This document shows, piece after piece, positions 60,309-64,000 of a stretch of 64,000 nucleotides of DNA; the stretch's first letter is position 1; every line of letters starts with the position of its first letter. A program made the position numbers and the translations under genes. The notes beneath the pieces were generated by a model. That model had not been told where the DNA came from. It searched no databases and saw nothing but the letters and a program-made list of their open reading frames with translations. The DNA is from Selaginella moellendorffii (Eukaryota > Plantae > Lycopodiophyta), in contig NW_003314311.1 of NCBI RefSeq assembly GCF_000143415.4, positions 124,001-188,000 on the forward strand, written 5' to 3'.

Positions 60309-63300
60309 TGTCACGAATGTGACTTCAGATATCGAAAGGTACTTGTCGGCTAATCCTTATGGACACTCTCTTCTTACTGCCACGACGGTAGGAGGTCAGT
60401 ACTACTGGTTCCCTTTATAGTCTCCGCCCAAGCTAGTTGAGAAATTGGTCAGCACATGTGCACTTAGACCGGAAGGGCACTAAGGAAGGAAATCCTAAGT
60501 TGTCATTAAGTCAAGCATATTTGACACGGTGACGAGAAACTCATGATGCTGACTTGCACTTACTAGTGTTGGGAACCCCCACGATAATGAGACTAATCCC
60601 TCAATATTCGCTAAATGATAGCTTACCATGTCTGCTAAACACCCTTGCTATCATGCCCTTTGTGTTAGTCTCATTTCGGTCCCAAATGCTATTTATGGAA
60701 AGTGTCTAGATTTGCTCATTTGGCATATCTACAAAATGTAGAGATTAACCTGAACACAATGGTATTCATCCCGTGTCCAAATTCACAATCTAGTGCCATT
60801 CCATATTTAGTAAGTTTCGAACTTGTCCCAGAGACTAACTCCTGATACTAAGGGAGGCTTGGGGTGAAAGCCCAAAGCATGTGTTTCTCAAGGGGGAGGG
60901 GGCTGTGGGGGGTTCCAAATGTATAGTAGGGATAGTGGTTGGAATGCATGTCCGACCACTTGAGACATTAGTTTGGCTCCTATTGGGTTATGTCGCTCCT
61001 TGTTCTGCATTCGGCTTGGAGCTCCACGCTGCTCTAGTCAATAGGGTACCCTCCTCCTCGCATTAGGCCACCGGTATGCCAAAATTGTGCCAGACTCCGT
61101 CTGACATCATTTTGTGTGTAGGTGCTGGATATGGGGAGCTGGTGCTCATGGGATTGTATCGGACCCTCATTTCGTAGCATAATGGGCTTGGAGCTCAGTT
61201 CCAAATTCAGGTGCGTTATATTTGGTATCAAAGGAATTGTCTCAACGATTCCTATCCAACTTTTGTCAAATTTTTTGACTCAAGTTGCATACGCAAAGAC
61301 TTTTCTAGTAGATCCAAAGCGACTTGTATCAGTCAGGAACTTTGCATCCCAATCCTTTGAGGAACGCTTTTGCAATTGGAAGGACATATCGGGACGTCCT
61401 TCGGACTTCAATGTGATATGATTTTGTCTAGCACCATAAATCCGTTTTATATATTTGTTGAAGAAGTTCATACCAAACACCATCAGGATTAGTTGGATTG
61501 CACCATTCAATAAGAACGTTGTATGCATGTTTAGTTACTGATAGAGGTATGCATGCAACTAACAGGATGGTGAAACGGAACCGTGTTGATGATGCTGAAA
61601 CCTCTAAATGGGCGAATCAAGAGGAGGAAACTCTTGCTAGAGATGCTGCGGAAGAGGTAGAGGCTGAGTCAGAAGAGGAAGAGCCAGATGTTGCGGTGCT
61701 GCAGCATACGGCTCAGGAAGTCAAGATCGAGAATTTGCAAAAGGAGATTCGCAAATTGAAGAAGGAGAACAAGAAGAGGAAGAAAGAAGCTAAGGCAGCT
61801 AGACAAACTAAGCCTAAGCAACCGGACTCCTCTTCAAGTTCTGAGGATGATGAAGTTCTGCAGCCGCCCCTAGTTGTACGAGTTTCAAAGTTCAAGCCTC
61901 CGAAACCACCCAATTTCAGAGGCATGCGGGACTATAAGGTTTTGGAAGACTGGGTTTACGATATAGAAAACTATTTCATAGCGACAGATGTAGATGATCG
62001 TACAAAATTTGCATGCGCACAATCTTTTCTTACCGATCATGCCAAAACTTGGTGGTGCCAAGTGTGTGTTGAAAAAGGGCACACTAGAAGTTGGACCAAG
62101 ATGCAGTTTTGCATCCGTAAGGAATACTTGCCGGATGATCTTGGTCTGAGACTTCGTGCGGAGCTGCGGCGGTTAAAGTAGCGAGGGGATCTTATGCATT
62201 ACGTTAATGTGTTTGCTCAGAAGCACATTATAATTGCAAATATGAAGATGCTCAGAGTTATTTTCTGGAAGGTTTAAGTTCACTTTCTCGCACTGAGATT
62301 TTGAAGTTTAAGCCAAAGACGTACCTAGAGTGTAAGAAGGCAGCACAGCAAGTTGCCTTTAGTCACTCGCTCATGGAACAATATCAACAACCATATGCTG
62401 GTAACTCGAATAAGAATAGGAATTCTGGGAATAAACAAGGTGATTGGAAATAGAGGGTGGAAGGTAGGTTCCACCTTGGAGGCTCACAACCAATGGTTAA
62501 CAAAGGTGGTTGGAGACCACCAGCAGCTTCTTTTGGTCCTAAGCCCTTTGTTCCTCCTCCTGGTGGGTACAAGCAGCAGCAACCTGCAAAACCTGCTCCT
62601 AGCGGAACAGGTAGTGTGGGTCATTGCTTCCATTGTGGAGAGTCAGGACATAAGTTCTCGGAATGTCCTAACAAGCATAAGACAAGGTCTCATGTTAATG
62701 TCATGAGGGAAGATGGTGGTGGTGAAGCCGAAGGGGTTGACGAGTTGGTTAATGCAGACTATGAGGAAGAAGAGGTGAGTAACTTTCGTTGCTTTCCTCA
62801 AGCTTTTCTTGCAGTCAATGCAAAAACTGATCTGTTAATGTATCTAGTAGACTTTGTCCGTGGACACCGAATCTGAGTGATGATTGACATGGGAGCTACG
62901 CACGCGTGATATCTGAAGACTTAGTTAAGTTATTAGGATTGAATGCTAAGCAAATGTCGCCTATGCACTTCCGGTTTGCGGAAGGTGGGCAAGTGGGCAG
63001 AAAGTTTGTGAGTGACATTCCAATAAAAATATCCAAGTGGAAAGAAGGAGTGGACTTGGTAGTGTTGAAGATACCAGATTTTCAGGAGGGCCACTCAAAA
63101 AGCAGCTAAGAAGGGATGTCGGACCTTTTGGGTTCAAGTGAAGGAAGCTGAGAGTGTTGGTAACTCAGTTCGAATCAGTGACAGGGTTGATCCTATACCA
63201 AAGAAAATATTAGAGTTGTTGGCAAGGAATCAGGATATCTTCCTGAAGGATTTGCCGCCAGGGCTACCTTCTAGCCATGAGGTTGATCATCGGATTGAGG

Positions 63301-64000
63301 TTATTCCGGGTTCTAAACCACCTACGAAAGCTCCATATCGGTTGAACATCAAGGAGATGGCTGAACTCAAGAAGCAACTTACGGAGCTTCTTGACAAAGG
63401 TCATATCCGACCAAGCAAGTCACCTTATGGAGCGCCGGTCCTTTTTGTTATGAAAAAGGATGGAACCATGAGGATGTGTATCGACTATCGAGCACTCAAC
63501 AAAATCACGGTCAAGAACAGTTATCCTTTGCCTCGCATTGATGACTTGTTTGACCAACTCTTAAAGGTTAAGTATTTTACGCGACTTGATTTGCAATCCG
63601 GGTATCATTAGATATGGGTGGCGGATCAGGATGTGGAGAAGACAACCTTTAAGACTCGGTATAGATCTTATGAGTTCTTTGTCATGCCGTTCGGGTTATG
63701 CAATGCTCCGGCAACGTTCAGCACTATGATGGATAGAATATTCGGAGATTATTTGGACACATTCGTTGTCCTATACATCAACGATGTTCTAGTTTTCAAT
63801 GAAACATTGGAGGATCATTTGAAACACTTGGAGTTGGTGTTTTAGAAATTGCAGGAACACAAATTGTATGCTAAGGAAAGTAAATGCGCTTTTGGACAAT
63901 TGCGTGTAAACTTTCTCAGACATATAGTTGGTGGTGGCGTAATTGAGGTTAATCCAAAAAAGGTGGAAGCAGTGAAGCCTTAGGAAGTCCCGACCATTGT
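60309..64000 (+). mobile_element. Chromovirus-like Ty3/gypsy, 5' part (LTR, PBS-Met, gag, zinc knuckle, protease, RT); continues beyond the window
   Basis: LTR 60309-61220; TGGTATCAAAG at 61223; gag FLTDHAKTWW; CFHCGESGHKFSEC; IDMGAT; [33 protein letters not shown]. Has stops and frameshifts. Confidence 0.92.

Overview
Eukaryotic, repeat-dense sequence with one 100-N scaffold gap. It is most likely from a seedless land plant; this is inferred from a plant-type 5S-bearing Cassandra-like TRIM, plant-type Ty3/Ty1 lineages, a Penelope-like RT and very short (38-55 nt) GT-AG introns. I found no intact ordinary host gene. Most of the window is nested LTR retrotransposons and their relics: a complete 4.9-kb Ty3/gypsy with a 4-bp TSD, a copia-like family whose LTR carries an internal satellite, a chromovirus-like element running off the right edge, and solo LTRs. 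Three things stand out. (1) At ~37.5-51.8 kb is a DNA-transposon-like block. It holds a Sola1-like DDD transposase head-to-head with an intron-containing gene resembling a ParB/Srx domain fused to a diverged N6A/N4C methyltransferase fold. About 27 copies of a 22-bp palindrome (consensus ATGGCRTGWGGCCWCAYGCCAT) mark the whole block, several inside tiny introns. This is a candidate protein-plus-cognate-site system. (2) A secreted GNA/bulb-type lectin chimera gene, missed by the ORF track, is split by the gypsy insertion. (3) A very young 5S-carrying TRIM has identical LTRs. All domain calls are by-eye motif recognition, not database searches.
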